Shown: positions 27,264 through 37,847, numbered from the stretch's first letter. The stretch: 64,000 bases of DNA from an uncultured Thermoleophilia bacterium (GCA_963699725.1 CAVOVA010000027.1:170066-234065); one strand, 5' to 3'. The notes: a model not told the origin generated them from the sequence alone. Made by a program: numbers and translations.

Positions 27264-28982
27264 TCATGGGTAACTCGCGGTGCCGTTGCCGGCGCTCGCG
27301 TTCACGGCCAGGGTCTTCAGGAAGATGCTGGGCCACGAGGACGTCGCGGAGAAATAGACGTTGTAGACGCCGCCCGGCAGGTTGGACCAGGTGACGCTCT
27401 TGTTCTTCTTCACCCTCTCGCCCGAGGCCGGCCGTGTGGGGGATGCCGCGCCGTCGGTCGCGTACCAGGTGAGCAGCCCGGCGTTCTGCACCCACACGAA
27501 CACGTCTGATGAGCTGTTGTTGGTGACGTCGATGCTCCGGTAGATGATCGGTACGGTGGTCACGGGGCCGGCGCCGGCATTCGCCGACGCGTTGCCGGCG
27601 AGGTCGACCGCCCGGACCTGGTAGTACCAGGTAGTGGCCCAGCCGGCGGCGGTGTCGTCGTAGAAGACGTCGCCGTAGCCACCCTGCAGCGTGGTCCACG
27701 AGCCCGGCGCGCCGGTGGGACTGCGCTCGATGATGTAGCCCGCCAGCCCGGAGGCCGGGGTGCCGCCGTCGACAGACGCCGTCCAGCTGAGGTGGACCGT
27801 TGGCTGCGCCGGGTCGGCGGAGGCGAGCAGCGGCGCCGGCGCGCTCGGAGCGACGCTGTCGCCCGTGATGTTGGGCGTCGCCGGGACCGCGTCCGTCGGC
27901 GGCCCGACGAGGCCCTCGCTGTCGACGGTCCTCACCTTGTAGTAGTACGTAGTACCGTTGCTGACCGCATTGTCCGTGTAGAACACAGACGTCTCGTCGG
28001 CGAGCTTGGCGAAGTTGACGCCGTCAACGGACCGCCAGACCTCGTAGTGATGGACGTCGCCGGCGGACGGCGTGACCCAGCCGAGCGCGACGACGCCGTC
28101 GCCGACGGAGGTGACGTTCAGGCCCGTGGGGGGCGGGGGAGCGTGGCTTTCGTACTTCAGGGCGATGCTCACGGGCATGCCCTGCGTGCGCGATCCGAAG
28201 CCGGCCACCGCCACCGCCTGGAAGATGTAGACGCCATCGGGCGCTGAGGAATTATCCCACTCGAACGAGTAGTGACCGCTGTCGAGCGCGCTCACCGGGG
28301 CGGTGACTTTCTGGGAGACGACCGCGGTGCCGTTCAGCGGGGTGACCGTGAACTCCACGTAGCCGCGGTCCTCCTCGGCGGCGGCCTGGTTCATGCTCAG
28401 GATGTCCTCGTTTGCCAGGTAGGCGTCAAGGACCACCGGTCCTGAGATGATGCTCCAGCTGCCGCTCGTCTCCTTGATGATGGCGTCGGGGCCGACTTCG
28501 AAGCGGACGATCCGCGGGCCCGCATATTGCTTGGAGACCATCGTACTGAGCACCACGGGCTTGACCGGCTTGGGGTTGCCCGTCCACGCCACCGTGATCG
28601 TCACCTGCTTGTAGGATTCGGCGCCGTCGGTAGAACCGACGGGCAGAAGGTCGACCTGATAGGCGACCGTGTAGTCGCGCGTGCCCCCGCCGCCGGTGGC
28701 CCACGCTACCGTGGTGCCGAACTGAGCGTTGGGGATGGTGTCGTTGGTCAGGCCAGCCTGAGTGATCACGTCGTAGTCGAGCCCACGGACCTTCTCGAGC
28801 TTGTCCTGGGCAAGACCGAGCGCGGCGTTACGCTGCTGTTCTCCGGAGGCGACCTGCTGCGCTCCGACGAAGACGGGGACGAGCGCCGCGAACGCGATGC
28901 CCGCGATGATGATGGTGACCAGCAGCTCCACGAAACTGAAGCCGGCGGTGCGGTCACAGGCTTGTCTGCAGTGCCTGCTCAT
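27264..28982 (-). CDS. Prepilin-type (PilV-like) protein with C-terminal fibronectin-III domains
   Basis: AG|FSFVELLV signal; two FN3-like repeats (W...Y.V.RS...YYY.VR.VD). Confidence 0.78.
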   Translation of the reverse strand: MSRHCRQACDRTAGFSFVELLVTIIIAGIAFAALVPVFVGAQQVASGEQQRNAALGLAQDKLEKVRGLDYDVITQAGLTNDTIPNAQFGTTVAWATGGGGTRDYTVAYQVDLLPVGSTDGAESYKQVTITVAWTGNPKPVKPVVLSTMVSKQYAGPRIVRFEVGPDAIIKETSGSWSIISGPVVLDAYLANEDILSMNQAAAEEDRGYVEFTVTPLNGTAVVSQKVTAPVSALDSGHYSFEWDNSSAPDGVYIFQAVAVAGFGSRTQGMPVSIALKYESHAPPPPTGLNVTSVGDGVVALGWVTPSAGDVHHYEVWRSVDGVNFAKLADETSVFYTDNAVSNGTTYYYKVRTVDSEGLVGPPTDAVPATPNITGDSVAPSAPAPLLASADPAQPTVHLSWTASVDGGTPASGLAGYIIERSPTGAPGSWTTLQGGYGDVFYDDTAAGWATTWYYQVRAVDLAGNASANAGAGPVTTVPIIYRSIDVTNNSSSDVFVWVQNAGLLTWYATDGAASPTRPASGERVKKNKSVTWSNLPGGVYNVYFSATSSWPSIFLKTLAVNASAGNGTASYP

Positions 28983-29391
28983 GTACCCTGCCTCCGGATT
29001 GCGGGTAGTCCTCTAGTCGCTGTATCGGCGAGGGGACGACGAAACGTGAGCGCTTTCTGTCCGTCGTCGTGGCCCCAGGGAACTCGCGCGCTTAACGGTT
29101 CGCCCACCCCGGCTGCGAACCTGCGAGTCAGTCCCCCGCGTACCCGTCGCGACGTATGGACCGCCATCTTGCCACCTCTCAGCGGTGACGAAAGCCTCGG
29201 GACGTGCGCCCCGCGTCGCCAGAGCGCGTGTTGTCAGAGCTGGCGACGCTTGTTCACGGCCCATTTCGAGCCCTTCCGCGCGTGCCGGTAGTCGGCGCGT
29301 GCGTACCACAGTCTGCCTCGTGAGCCGGAGCGCGGGAAGAGAACGTTTGTCTACTTGGGGCCGCCGGCGGCCGCAGGCGGCCCGGCCGCTA

Positions 29392-32349
29392 CTATTGCTG
29401 GAGTCGCTGGAGGTCCGCCAGGGCCTGCTCGAGCGCATCAATACGGCGGCCGTACTCGGCGAAGTCGCCGGCCTTGAGAGCGTCCTGGGCGGCCTGGAAC
29501 TCGGTGTTCGCGCGCGCGACGAGGTCGCGGGCTTCAACGCTCAGGCCGCCGCCCGTCTGCCCGCCGCCGGGAGCGGGGGTCTCGCCCGTGTCCGCCGGGG
29601 TGCCGCCGGAGGCGCTGCCGGTGTCGAACGACTCGCCGAAGGCGGCGATCAGCGCCTCGCCGAGCGTCGGCCGCATGGCCACGACCTGCACGGCGTTGTC
29701 CTCGCTGCCCGCCAGCTCGGGGGCGCGGTAGAAGACGATCACGCGCTTGAGCTGCGGCAGCTGAGTCTGGTCGCTCTGCAGATAGAGCGGCTGCACATAG
29801 AGCAGCGAGTCCTCGATCGGCACCACGAGCAGGTTGCCGAGGATCACCTGTGAGCCCTGCTGCCCCCAGAGCGTGCGCTGCGCGGAGATCTCCGGGTCCT
29901 GGTTGATCGCCGACTCGACCTGGTTGGGGCCGTAGACCGTGGTGCTCCGCGAGAACAGGATGTTGAGCCGGCTGCCGTACTGAGGCTCGTCGCTGCGCGC
30001 GGCCAACCAGCTGATCATGTTCTTCCTGCCGTTGGGCACGAAGGGGAGCATCTGCAGGAACTCCTCATCCTGCTCGCCCGGCAGCCGCATGATCACGTAG
30101 TAGGAATCCATGCGGCCCATCTCGGTGGTCGACACGTTCTCGGGGATCGCCCACTGGTCACCCTTGTTGTAGAGGATCTCCGGTCCGTCGACGTGATAGG
30201 TCGTCCAGGTCTCGGCCTGGATGTTGAAGAGAGCCTCGGGATAGCGCACGTGATCGAGCAGGCTCTTGGGCACCTCGCTGCGCGGAACGAACAGATCGGG
30301 GTAGATGGAGCGCCACGCCGCGAGCAGGGGGTCGTCCTCATCCCAGACGTAGAAGACCATGGAGCCGTTGTAGGCGTCGATGACGATCTTCACCGAGTTG
30401 CGCAGGTAGTTCAGGTCTCCCTGCGGCGTCGCATAGGGATAGCGGTCGGTGACGGTGTAGGCGTCCTGGATCCACCACAGGCGACCGTCGGCGATCACCA
30501 TGTACGGATCGGGGTCCAGCTCGAGGAAGGGCGCCGTCGCCTGCACCCGCTCGCGGATGTTGTTGCGGAAGATCAGGCGGCTGTCGCCCTCGAGCGCCGA
30601 CGTCGTGAAGAACTTGATGGTGCCGTACTTGACGGAGAACGCGAGGCGGTTGAGGACCGGGGAGATGGGCACCCCGCCGCTGCCCGAGTAGCCGTCGGTG
30701 TAGACGTCGCCGTCCGCCGCCGGATAGTCGAACTCGGCTTCCGTCGTGTTGACCAGAGTGTAGTCGGTGCCGCGCTCGCCGTAGTAGATGCGCGGCTGCT
30801 CGATCTCGAGTCCGGGCGCGCTCACCGGCGGCACGTCCTGGACCAGGAAGTCCGGTGAGCCGTCGGCCGTCACCTGGTTGACGGCGCTCATGGCGACGCC
30901 GAAGCCGTGGGTGTAGGTGATGTGCTGGTTCACCCAGGTCTGGGCCTGCGACGGCAGGCCCTCGATGTTGAGCTCGCGCGCCGAGAGCATGGTCTGGCGG
31001 TAGACATCGTTCACCGTGTACCTGTCCACGTCGGCGTCGAGGAAGATGTAGTACGGCCGCAGCTCCTGGAGCTGACGATAGCTGGTGACCAGCGTACTGG
31101 GGTCCCACAGGCGGATGTTGCGCAGCGTCGGCTGGTTGTCCTCGAGCTTCTGCGGCGTGAGCACCTCCTTGGGGGCCAGCGCCTTCTGCTCGATGCCCAC
31201 GAGGTCGTAGGCCTGCTTGGTGGCCTCGAGGTTGCGCGCGATGTACTCCCGCTCCTTGCTGAGCTGATTCGGGTTCACGACAAGCGACTGGTAGGCGGCC
31301 GGGACGACGCCGCGCAGGAGCACGAGCACGACGACCCAGACGGCGATGGTGAGCGGCCACCACTGGTGGCGCCGCCACATGTTCCACACCAGCACGGCGG
31401 CGAGCAGCAACGCGACCGCCATGGTGACGTAGGTCAGAGGGAGCCGGACATGGACGTCGGTGTAGGCGGCGCCGTAGATGGCCCCCGCCGTGGAATACAG
31501 CAGGTCCCAGCCCTTGAAGAGCTGGCCGACGGCGACGACGACGAAGATGGCCGCGAGCAGGCCGGAGAGGTGAGCGACGGCGCGGCCGCCGAGCTTGATG
31601 TCGAACTCCGGGAGCTGTGGCGCGGCGGCGCGCTGGGCGCGGGTGAACGGCGAGGCTTGTCCGGCCTCTCCGGCGTCGCCTGCACCACCGCCTCCGGCGC
31701 CGCCGGAGGCACCGCGCCCGGGCTTCTGTTTGAGCTCGATGCCGCCCATGATGAGGTGGACGACGGCGGTGAGGACGAGCGCGGCGATGAGGGCGGCCAG
31801 CGCGAAGTCGAGGACGCTCCGCCACATCGGCATCGAGAACACGTAGAACGAGACGTCGCGGCCGAAGACCGGGTCCTTCTCACCGAACGGGGCCTGATTG
31901 AAATAGAGCAGGAAGCGTTGCCAGGTGCCCGAGGCGGCGACGCCGGCCATGAAGGCGACGATGACGCAGACGACCGCCGCGCCGATGCCGACCCACCGGC
32001 GCACGGCCGGGCTGCGCGGCTCGAGCAGCGTCCCGTCAACGTCGGCGCGAAAGTCCGGCGCCAGCCGCCGCGCCAGTTCGACGTTGACCCAGATGATGAC
32101 GAAGAAGGCGACAAAGGCGACGACGCCCACCAGGAGCCGCGCCCAGATTCCCGTCCAGAAGACGCTGCGGAAGCCGACCTCACCGAACCAGAGCCAGTCC
32201 ACGTAGAGGCCGAGCAGGCGGCTGCCGAAGGCCAGGACGAGGACGACGATGGCGACGACGACCGCGAGGATGACCCGTCGTCGCGTCTGCCGGTCGCGGC
32301 GTTTTGGCGCTGGCTTCTTCTTCGGGCGGAGCGGGCGGACGTTGTCCAT
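29392..32349 (-). CDS. UPF0182 family membrane protein
   Basis: DWLWF.E.GF, DP.F..D..FY.F, NIRLWD, DVDRY, YTHG.G, NY.RNSVK..IDAY.G. Confidence 0.9.
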   Translation of the reverse strand: MDNVRPLRPKKKPAPKRRDRQTRRRVILAVVVAIVVLVLAFGSRLLGLYVDWLWFGEVGFRSVFWTGIWARLLVGVVAFVAFFVIIWVNVELARRLAPDFRADVDGTLLEPRSPAVRRWVGIGAAVVCVIVAFMAGVAASGTWQRFLLYFNQAPFGEKDPVFGRDVSFYVFSMPMWRSVLDFALAALIAALVLTAVVHLIMGGIELKQKPGRGASGGAGGGGAGDAGEAGQASPFTRAQRAAAPQLPEFDIKLGGRAVAHLSGLLAAIFVVVAVGQLFKGWDLLYSTAGAIYGAAYTDVHVRLPLTYVTMAVALLLAAVLVWNMWRRHQWWPLTIAVWVVVLVLLRGVVPAAYQSLVVNPNQLSKEREYIARNLEATKQAYDLVGIEQKALAPKEVLTPQKLEDNQPTLRNIRLWDPSTLVTSYRQLQELRPYYIFLDADVDRYTVNDVYRQTMLSARELNIEGLPSQAQTWVNQHITYTHGFGVAMSAVNQVTADGSPDFLVQDVPPVSAPGLEIEQPRIYYGERGTDYTLVNTTEAEFDYPAADGDVYTDGYSGSGGVPISPVLNRLAFSVKYGTIKFFTTSALEGDSRLIFRNNIRERVQATAPFLELDPDPYMVIADGRLWWIQDAYTVTDRYPYATPQGDLNYLRNSVKIVIDAYNGSMVFYVWDEDDPLLAAWRSIYPDLFVPRSEVPKSLLDHVRYPEALFNIQAETWTTYHVDGPEILYNKGDQWAIPENVSTTEMGRMDSYYVIMRLPGEQDEEFLQMLPFVPNGRKNMISWLAARSDEPQYGSRLNILFSRSTTVYGPNQVESAINQDPEISAQRTLWGQQGSQVILGNLLVVPIEDSLLYVQPLYLQSDQTQLPQLKRVIVFYRAPELAGSEDNAVQVVAMRPTLGEALIAAFGESFDTGSASGGTPADTGETPAPGGGQTGGGLSVEARDLVARANTEFQAAQDALKAGDFAEYGRRIDALEQALADLQRLQQ

Positions 32350-32402
32350 GCCTGCAGTATGGCAGATTCCCGGCGTCGGGAGCCAGCCAGGACGGACGCG
32401 GC

Positions 32403-35400
32403 CTAGTTGTGCTCGGCCTTGTCGGCGCGGAGCATCGCCGCAAACCGCTGGACCATCTTCGGGTCCAGCTCGTGCGCCGCGCGGTCGCGCAGATCGGCGA
32501 CGCTGTCGCCGTTGTGCGCGGTCGGGTCGAACCGGCGGCAGACGGCGAAGGCGCGGGCGACGCGAGGAATCTCGCTCCCGCGCCGTCCCTCCGGATAGCC
32601 GGCGCCGTCCCATCGCTCATTGCCGTACACGAGCGCCTCGACGGCGTTCTGCCGTACTTCGTTGGGCTCGGCGTCGGCGTCGGTGCCGGAGCCCAGGATC
32701 ACCTGCACCTCGTCGTGCACCGTCGCACCCGTCTCGTGGACCGCCAGGGCGGTGATCAGACCAGCCGTCTCGGCTTCGCTCAGCCCGATGAAATCGGCGA
32801 AGCGGCGGCCAACGGCCGCGAGGCGACCCTCGAACTCGGCCATCGCGCCGGCGACCGCGTCCGTGTACAGGCAGACGCGGTTGCGGCCGGTCCCCTTGGC
32901 ATGCAGCAGCGCCGCGTCCGCGGCGCCCAGCACACCGTCGCTGTCTTTGGCCGACTCGGGGTAGGCCGAGATGCCGATCGACATCGTCACGTGCAGGTCG
33001 GGATGGCCGGGATCGAGCGCGGCGACCGAGACGCGGACGCGCTCGGCCAGTGTCTTGGCCTCTTCCAGGGTGGTCCGGGGCAGGATCATGGCGAACTCCT
33101 CGCCGCCGTAGCGGGCGAGATAGTCCGACTCGCGGGAGCAGCTGCGCAGCACACCTGAGACCGCGCGCAGTACGTCGTCGCCCTTCTGGTGGCCGATGGT
33201 GTCGTTGACCGCCTTGAAGTGGTCGAGGTCCATCATCAGCAGGCAGAAGTGGTCGCCATACCGGCCGGCGCGCCTGACCTCAGCCTTGAGCGACTCGTGG
33301 AAGTGGCGGTGGTTGTGGATGCCGGTGAGGCCGTCGCTGATCGCCTGCCGCTCCATCTCCTCGTAGGTGCGCGCGTTCTGGATGGCGATCGCCGCCAGGT
33401 TGGCGAACAGGATCGCCGGCTCCAGCTCGTGCTGCTCGAAGGTGCGGCCGCCGAGGCGGTCGAGACAGAGCACGCCCGTGACCTTGCCGAGGACGTTGAG
33501 CGGCACGATGATGCTGGCCTGCGGCTCGTCCTCCTCTGTGCCGGGGATCTGCACGATGCGCGGATCGTGCAGCATGTCGTTCACCAGCTGGGCCTCGTTG
33601 TGGCGCACGACCCAGCCGCTGACGCCCTCGTCGATGGACATGCGGAACTGCTCCATCTGCTCGGCGTTGAGGTCGCGCGAGTAGATGCACACCAGCTCGC
33701 GCGACACCTCGTCGAGCAGGCGGATGTCCATGGCGTCGTAGTCGACGATGTCCTTGAGCATGGTGGTGATGCGCGAGAAGACCTCGTGCTGGTCGAGCGA
33801 GGTCAGCAGCATCGTGCTGATGTCCATGAGCTGATGCTGCATCTCCAGCTGGTTCTCGAGCTGCGCCGACGTGTGCTCGAGCTCGTCGTACCGGCGGGCA
33901 TTGGATATGGCCAGGGCGGCCAGGTTGGCGAACAGCCGTGCCGGCTCGAGCTCGCGCTGCTCGAACGTCCTGCCGCCCAGCCGGTCCATGGTCATGACGC
34001 CGATCACCTCGTCGCCCACCGAGAGCGGCAAGAGGATACACGCCTGCTGCTCCTCCCATTCGGTACCGGGGATGTGCACGGCGCGGGGATCCCTGTCCAT
34101 GGCGTTGATCAGCTGGGGCTCGTCGTGGCGCACGACCCAGCCGCTGATGCCCTCGTCCATCGAGATCGCGAAGTCGAAGATCTCCTGCCCGTCCTGCTCG
34201 TTGCGAGCATAGATGGCCACGAGCTGCCGGCGCTCCGCATCCACCAGGCGGACGTCCATCGTGTCGTAGTCGACGATCTGCTTCAACGTGTCGGCGATGT
34301 GCTCGAGGACTTCGTTCTGCTCGAGCGACGAGAGCACGGCGCCGCTGGCGCTCAGCAATTCGTGGCTGAGCGCGAGCTGCTCCTCGAGACGCTTCGACGC
34401 CCGCTCCGCCTCCTCGTACTGCCGGGCGTTGTGGATGGCGATGGCGGCGAGGTTGGTGAACAGGGTGACGGGCTCGAGCTCGTGCTCGGAGAAGGTGCGC
34501 TCGCCCAGCCGGTCGAGCGCGAGCACGCCGATCACCGTCTCGCCCAGCGTCAAGGGCGCGATGATGCTCGCCCGCGCCTCCTCCTCCGCGCCGGGCACGG
34601 GCGTGCCGCGCGGGTCGTTCGTCATGTCGTTGACCAGCTGGGCCTCGTTGTGACGCACGACCCAGCCGCTGACGCCCTCGTCGACGGAGCTGCGCCGGCA
34701 TTGCGCCTGCTCCTGGTCCTGGCCGTAGGCGTAGCACCTGTCGAGCTCACCGGTCTCCGCGTCGACCAGCCGGATCTCGAGTTCGTCGTAGTCGACGATC
34801 TCCTTGAGCAGTGTCGCGACGCGGGCGAAGACCTCGTGCGGCTCGAGCGTCGCAAGGAGCGCGCCGCTGAGCTCGAGGATCGCGTGGCGCAAGGCCAGCT
34901 GCGCCTGCAGCTGCGCCGATGCCTCCTCCAGCGCCTCGTACTGGCGCGCGTTCTCGATCGCGACCGCCGCGTGCGTGGCGAACACCTCGAGCGACTTGAC
35001 GATATCGAGCGTAGGCAGCGCCCGGTCTGTGGGATCGTAGAGGTCCAGCACGCCCATCAGCTGGTGGTCCTTGTCGTACAGCGGGACGAAGAGGTCGTCG
35101 TTCTTCTGCCACTCGTCCTCGCGGCGCGGCCCGAGGTCCAGTTCCGGCAGGTAGTAGAGCTGCTCCTCGGTCCACGCGTGGCGGCGGTGGTCGATGAAGA
35201 AGGACGAGCCGATCTGGTGCTTCTCGAGGAAGAGCTGGTCCCAGATGCGCTGCGGGACCGGGCGCTCGAAGAGCACGCGGTCAAAGTCGGGGAACTCGCC
35301 GACGGTGGCATGCACGGCGAAGTCGCCGCCGGCCTCGCGCAAGTAGACGCTCGCCTCGCGGAAACCGAAGGTCTCGCTCAGCGCCGTGGCGATGACGTGG

Positions 35401-35513
35401 ACGATCGCGTCGAGTGTGAGGCTCGACTGCAGCTGGTTCGCCAGCCGGATGAGGCCCCGCAGGAGCTCGAGTTCTCCCCGCTCGGCCTTGCGATTCTTGG
35501 TGTGGAACGCCAT
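32403..35513 (-). CDS. Multi-GAF diguanylate cyclase with degenerate C-terminal HD-GYP remnant
   Basis: Four GAF-like units, D.LTG..N, DLDHFK..ND..GH..GD, RESD I-site, YGGEEF; ERWDG.GYP.G tail. Confidence 0.88.
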   Translation of the reverse strand: MAFHTKNRKAERGELELLRGLIRLANQLQSSLTLDAIVHVIATALSETFGFREASVYLREAGGDFAVHATVGEFPDFDRVLFERPVPQRIWDQLFLEKHQIGSSFFIDHRRHAWTEEQLYYLPELDLGPRREDEWQKNDDLFVPLYDKDHQLMGVLDLYDPTDRALPTLDIVKSLEVFATHAAVAIENARQYEALEEASAQLQAQLALRHAILELSGALLATLEPHEVFARVATLLKEIVDYDELEIRLVDAETGELDRCYAYGQDQEQAQCRRSSVDEGVSGWVVRHNEAQLVNDMTNDPRGTPVPGAEEEARASIIAPLTLGETVIGVLALDRLGERTFSEHELEPVTLFTNLAAIAIHNARQYEEAERASKRLEEQLALSHELLSASGAVLSSLEQNEVLEHIADTLKQIVDYDTMDVRLVDAERRQLVAIYARNEQDGQEIFDFAISMDEGISGWVVRHDEPQLINAMDRDPRAVHIPGTEWEEQQACILLPLSVGDEVIGVMTMDRLGGRTFEQRELEPARLFANLAALAISNARRYDELEHTSAQLENQLEMQHQLMDISTMLLTSLDQHEVFSRITTMLKDIVDYDAMDIRLLDEVSRELVCIYSRDLNAEQMEQFRMSIDEGVSGWVVRHNEAQLVNDMLHDPRIVQIPGTEEDEPQASIIVPLNVLGKVTGVLCLDRLGGRTFEQHELEPAILFANLAAIAIQNARTYEEMERQAISDGLTGIHNHRHFHESLKAEVRRAGRYGDHFCLLMMDLDHFKAVNDTIGHQKGDDVLRAVSGVLRSCSRESDYLARYGGEEFAMILPRTTLEEAKTLAERVRVSVAALDPGHPDLHVTMSIGISAYPESAKDSDGVLGAADAALLHAKGTGRNRVCLYTDAVAGAMAEFEGRLAAVGRRFADFIGLSEAETAGLITALAVHETGATVHDEVQVILGSGTDADAEPNEVRQNAVEALVYGNERWDGAGYPEGRRGSEIPRVARAFAVCRRFDPTAHNGDSVADLRDRAAHELDPKMVQRFAAMLRADKAEHN

Positions 35514-35722
35514 GGGCTCCCCCGCTGGCCACGGCCGGTTCGAAGGGTACCCTTTAGTGTACGCCCGCAGGGGTGCCCGCGACATGGCCGGCGCTCGCCT
35601 CGCCTACGACCATCGTGTCGGCAGAGTCCGCGGATTGCTTGAGGGGGAACAAACACCCGGGCCGGAGCCCGGCAAGGCGACGTGGGGGCGGACCGCCGAT
35701 GGCCCGCCCGGATCGTCCGGTC

Positions 35723-36550
35723 TCAGCCCGCGTACTCGCCGAGCTTGAGGATCTGCCGCGCCTCGTCGGGGGTCGCGCAGGGGCGGTCCCACTCGTGCGC
35801 GAGGCGCGCGACGCGGCCGACGAGCTCGGCGTTCTCCTTCGCGAGCACGCCCTTGTGCAGGAAGATGTTGTCCTCGAACCCGAGACGCACGTTGCCGCCC
35901 AGGGCGAGCGCGGTCATCGTGACCGGCATGTGCCAGCGGCCGATGCCGGTGCAGGTCCAGGTCGACCCCTCGGGGATGCGGTCGACCAGGAACACGAGGT
36001 TCCTCGGCTCGCCGCTCATGCTGCCGGGCACGCCGAGAACGAAGTCCCAGTGCAGCAACGGGCCGGCCGGGCCGTGCTTCTTCACCAGCTTGAGCGCGTT
36101 GTCGATCTGCCCGGCCTCGAAGATCTCGAACTCGGGCCGGACGCCTTTCGTCTGCATGCGCTGGTAGAACTCGCTCATCAGCGCCGTGTCGTTGAAGAAG
36201 ACCTCGTCGCCGAAGTTGGAGGTACCCGTCGTGAGCGAAGCCATCTCCGGGCCCAGCTCCAGCGGCTGCAACCGCTCGTCGGCGGTCATGCCCATGGCAC
36301 CGCCGGTGCTCGTCTGGATGATGATGTCGGTGCGCTCGCGGATCGCCTCGATCGCCGCCGCGAAGACCTCCTCGGCCTGCGTCGGGTTGGCCTCGGCGTC
36401 GCGCACGTGCAGGTGGTACATCGCGGCGCCGGCCTCGCGGCAGCGCGCCGCGTCGGCGCCGATCTCCGCCGCGGTCACCGGCAGTCCCGGCTGAGCATCC
36501 CTCGTGGTCTCGGCGCCGACGCCGGCCACGGTGATGATGAGCTTCTCCAT
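35723..36550 (-). CDS. kce: 3-keto-5-aminohexanoate cleavage enzyme (BKACE family)
   Basis: GAETTR.AQP.LP, HLHVR, STGGA, NFGD, GFEDN; adjacent to kat. Confidence 0.85.
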   Translation of the reverse strand: MEKLIITVAGVGAETTRDAQPGLPVTAAEIGADAARCREAGAAMYHLHVRDAEANPTQAEEVFAAAIEAIRERTDIIIQTSTGGAMGMTADERLQPLELGPEMASLTTGTSNFGDEVFFNDTALMSEFYQRMQTKGVRPEFEIFEAGQIDNALKLVKKHGPAGPLLHWDFVLGVPGSMSGEPRNLVFLVDRIPEGSTWTCTGIGRWHMPVTMTALALGGNVRLGFEDNIFLHKGVLAKENAELVGRVARLAHEWDRPCATPDEARQILKLGEYAG

Positions 36551-36578
36551 CGTCTCCCCCTACTCCGTCGCCGGCCCG

Positions 36579-37847
36579 TTACTTCGAGTACGGGAACTGC
36601 TGGTTCACGAACGCCAGGCTCTCCTCCACCACTTCCAGCGCCCGGCTCAGGTCGCGCTCGGTGTGGCGGTAGCAGATGTACCAGTGGTGATACGGCTGCA
36701 CGAAGAGGCCGCGGCGGATGCACTGCGTGTAGAACTCCGTGCGCCGCTCCCGGTAGTGGTCGTCCACCGGGTCGAAGGTGAGGAACGGCATCGGCGGGAT
36801 GCCGCTCTTGGTCACCGGCACGCCGGAGGCGTCGACGATCTCGCCGAGGGCGTCGAGGAAGCGCGTGCCGCGCTCCCAGATCGCGTCCTGCACCTTCTCG
36901 CGCTCGAGGATCTCGAGGCACTTCATGCTGGCGGCCATCTCCAGGCTGTTGGGGAAATAGGTTGAGCTGAGGAAGGCGTCCTTGACGTAGACCTCCATGA
37001 ACTCGCGCTTGCCGACCAGCGCGGCGATCGAGTAGCCGTTGGCCATCGCCTTGCCGACCGTCGTGAGGTCGGGAGTCACCCCGTAGCGCTCGCTGGCGCC
37101 GCCCATGGCGACGCGGAAGCCGGTGCGGATCTCGTCGAAGGTGACGATGGCGCCGTTCCTGTGCGCCAGGTCGATGACCGCCTGCAGGTAGCCGTCCGGC
37201 GGCACGATGAGCGGCTTGGCCATCGGGTGGCCGACCGGGGTGATGATGACGCCGGCGACCTCGCCCGGGTTCTCGGCGAAGACGCGCTCGAGGTCGCGGA
37301 GGTCGCCGTACTCGAACTCCTTGGTGAGGTCGGTCACGGCCTGCGGGACGCCGCCGTGATGCTCGACGCACCAGTCGCCCCAGCCGTGGTAGCCGCAGCG
37401 GGCGATCTTGTCGCGGCCGGTATAGGCGCGCATGGCGCGCACGGCCGCGTTGGTGGCGTCCGAGCCGGTCTTGACGAGGATGGTCTGCTCACCGCAGGGC
37501 ATGATGTCGGCGAGCCGCTCCTCCAGGTCGTTCTGGAGCGGCTGCACGAGGCTGAAGCAGAAGCCCTTGTCCATCTGCGCCCTGGCGGCGTCGTTGATCT
37601 CGTCCTCGACGTAGCCGAGGATGATCGGCCCGTAGGCGCAGAGCATGTCGATGTACTCGTTGCCGTCGACGTCGACGATGTGGCCGCCATGGCCGTGGGT
37701 GATGAAGACGGGATACTCGCCGACGACGAAGTTGTAGGCGCGGCGGATGCCGCCGACGCCGCCGGGCGTGAGACGCTGGGCGTCCTCGAGCATGGACATG
37801 GACTTGATGAGATTGAGCTTGGGGGCGTTCTCGACGGGTTTCGTCAT
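36579..37847 (-). CDS. kat: Class III aminotransferase, 3-aminobutyryl-CoA aminotransferase (Kat)-like
   Basis: GGV.GIRR.YNFV.GEYP, YHGW.DWCVE, GKAMANGY, QPYHH.YICYRHT match my recollection of Cloacimonas Kat; next to kce. Confidence 0.75.
   Translation of the reverse strand: MTKPVENAPKLNLIKSMSMLEDAQRLTPGGVGGIRRAYNFVVGEYPVFITHGHGGHIVDVDGNEYIDMLCAYGPIILGYVEDEINDAARAQMDKGFCFSLVQPLQNDLEERLADIMPCGEQTILVKTGSDATNAAVRAMRAYTGRDKIARCGYHGWGDWCVEHHGGVPQAVTDLTKEFEYGDLRDLERVFAENPGEVAGVIITPVGHPMAKPLIVPPDGYLQAVIDLAHRNGAIVTFDEIRTGFRVAMGGASERYGVTPDLTTVGKAMANGYSIAALVGKREFMEVYVKDAFLSSTYFPNSLEMAASMKCLEILEREKVQDAIWERGTRFLDALGEIVDASGVPVTKSGIPPMPFLTFDPVDDHYRERRTEFYTQCIRRGLFVQPYHHWYICYRHTERDLSRALEVVEESLAFVNQQFPYSK

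Noticed and set aside
28983-29391. c-di-GMP riboswitch upstream of the pilin genes
   Set aside because: No recognisable GEMM consensus by eye.
36579-37847. hemL (glutamate-1-semialdehyde aminomutase)
   Set aside because: Lacks the GGVNSPVR N-terminal motif; context and motifs fit Kat better.
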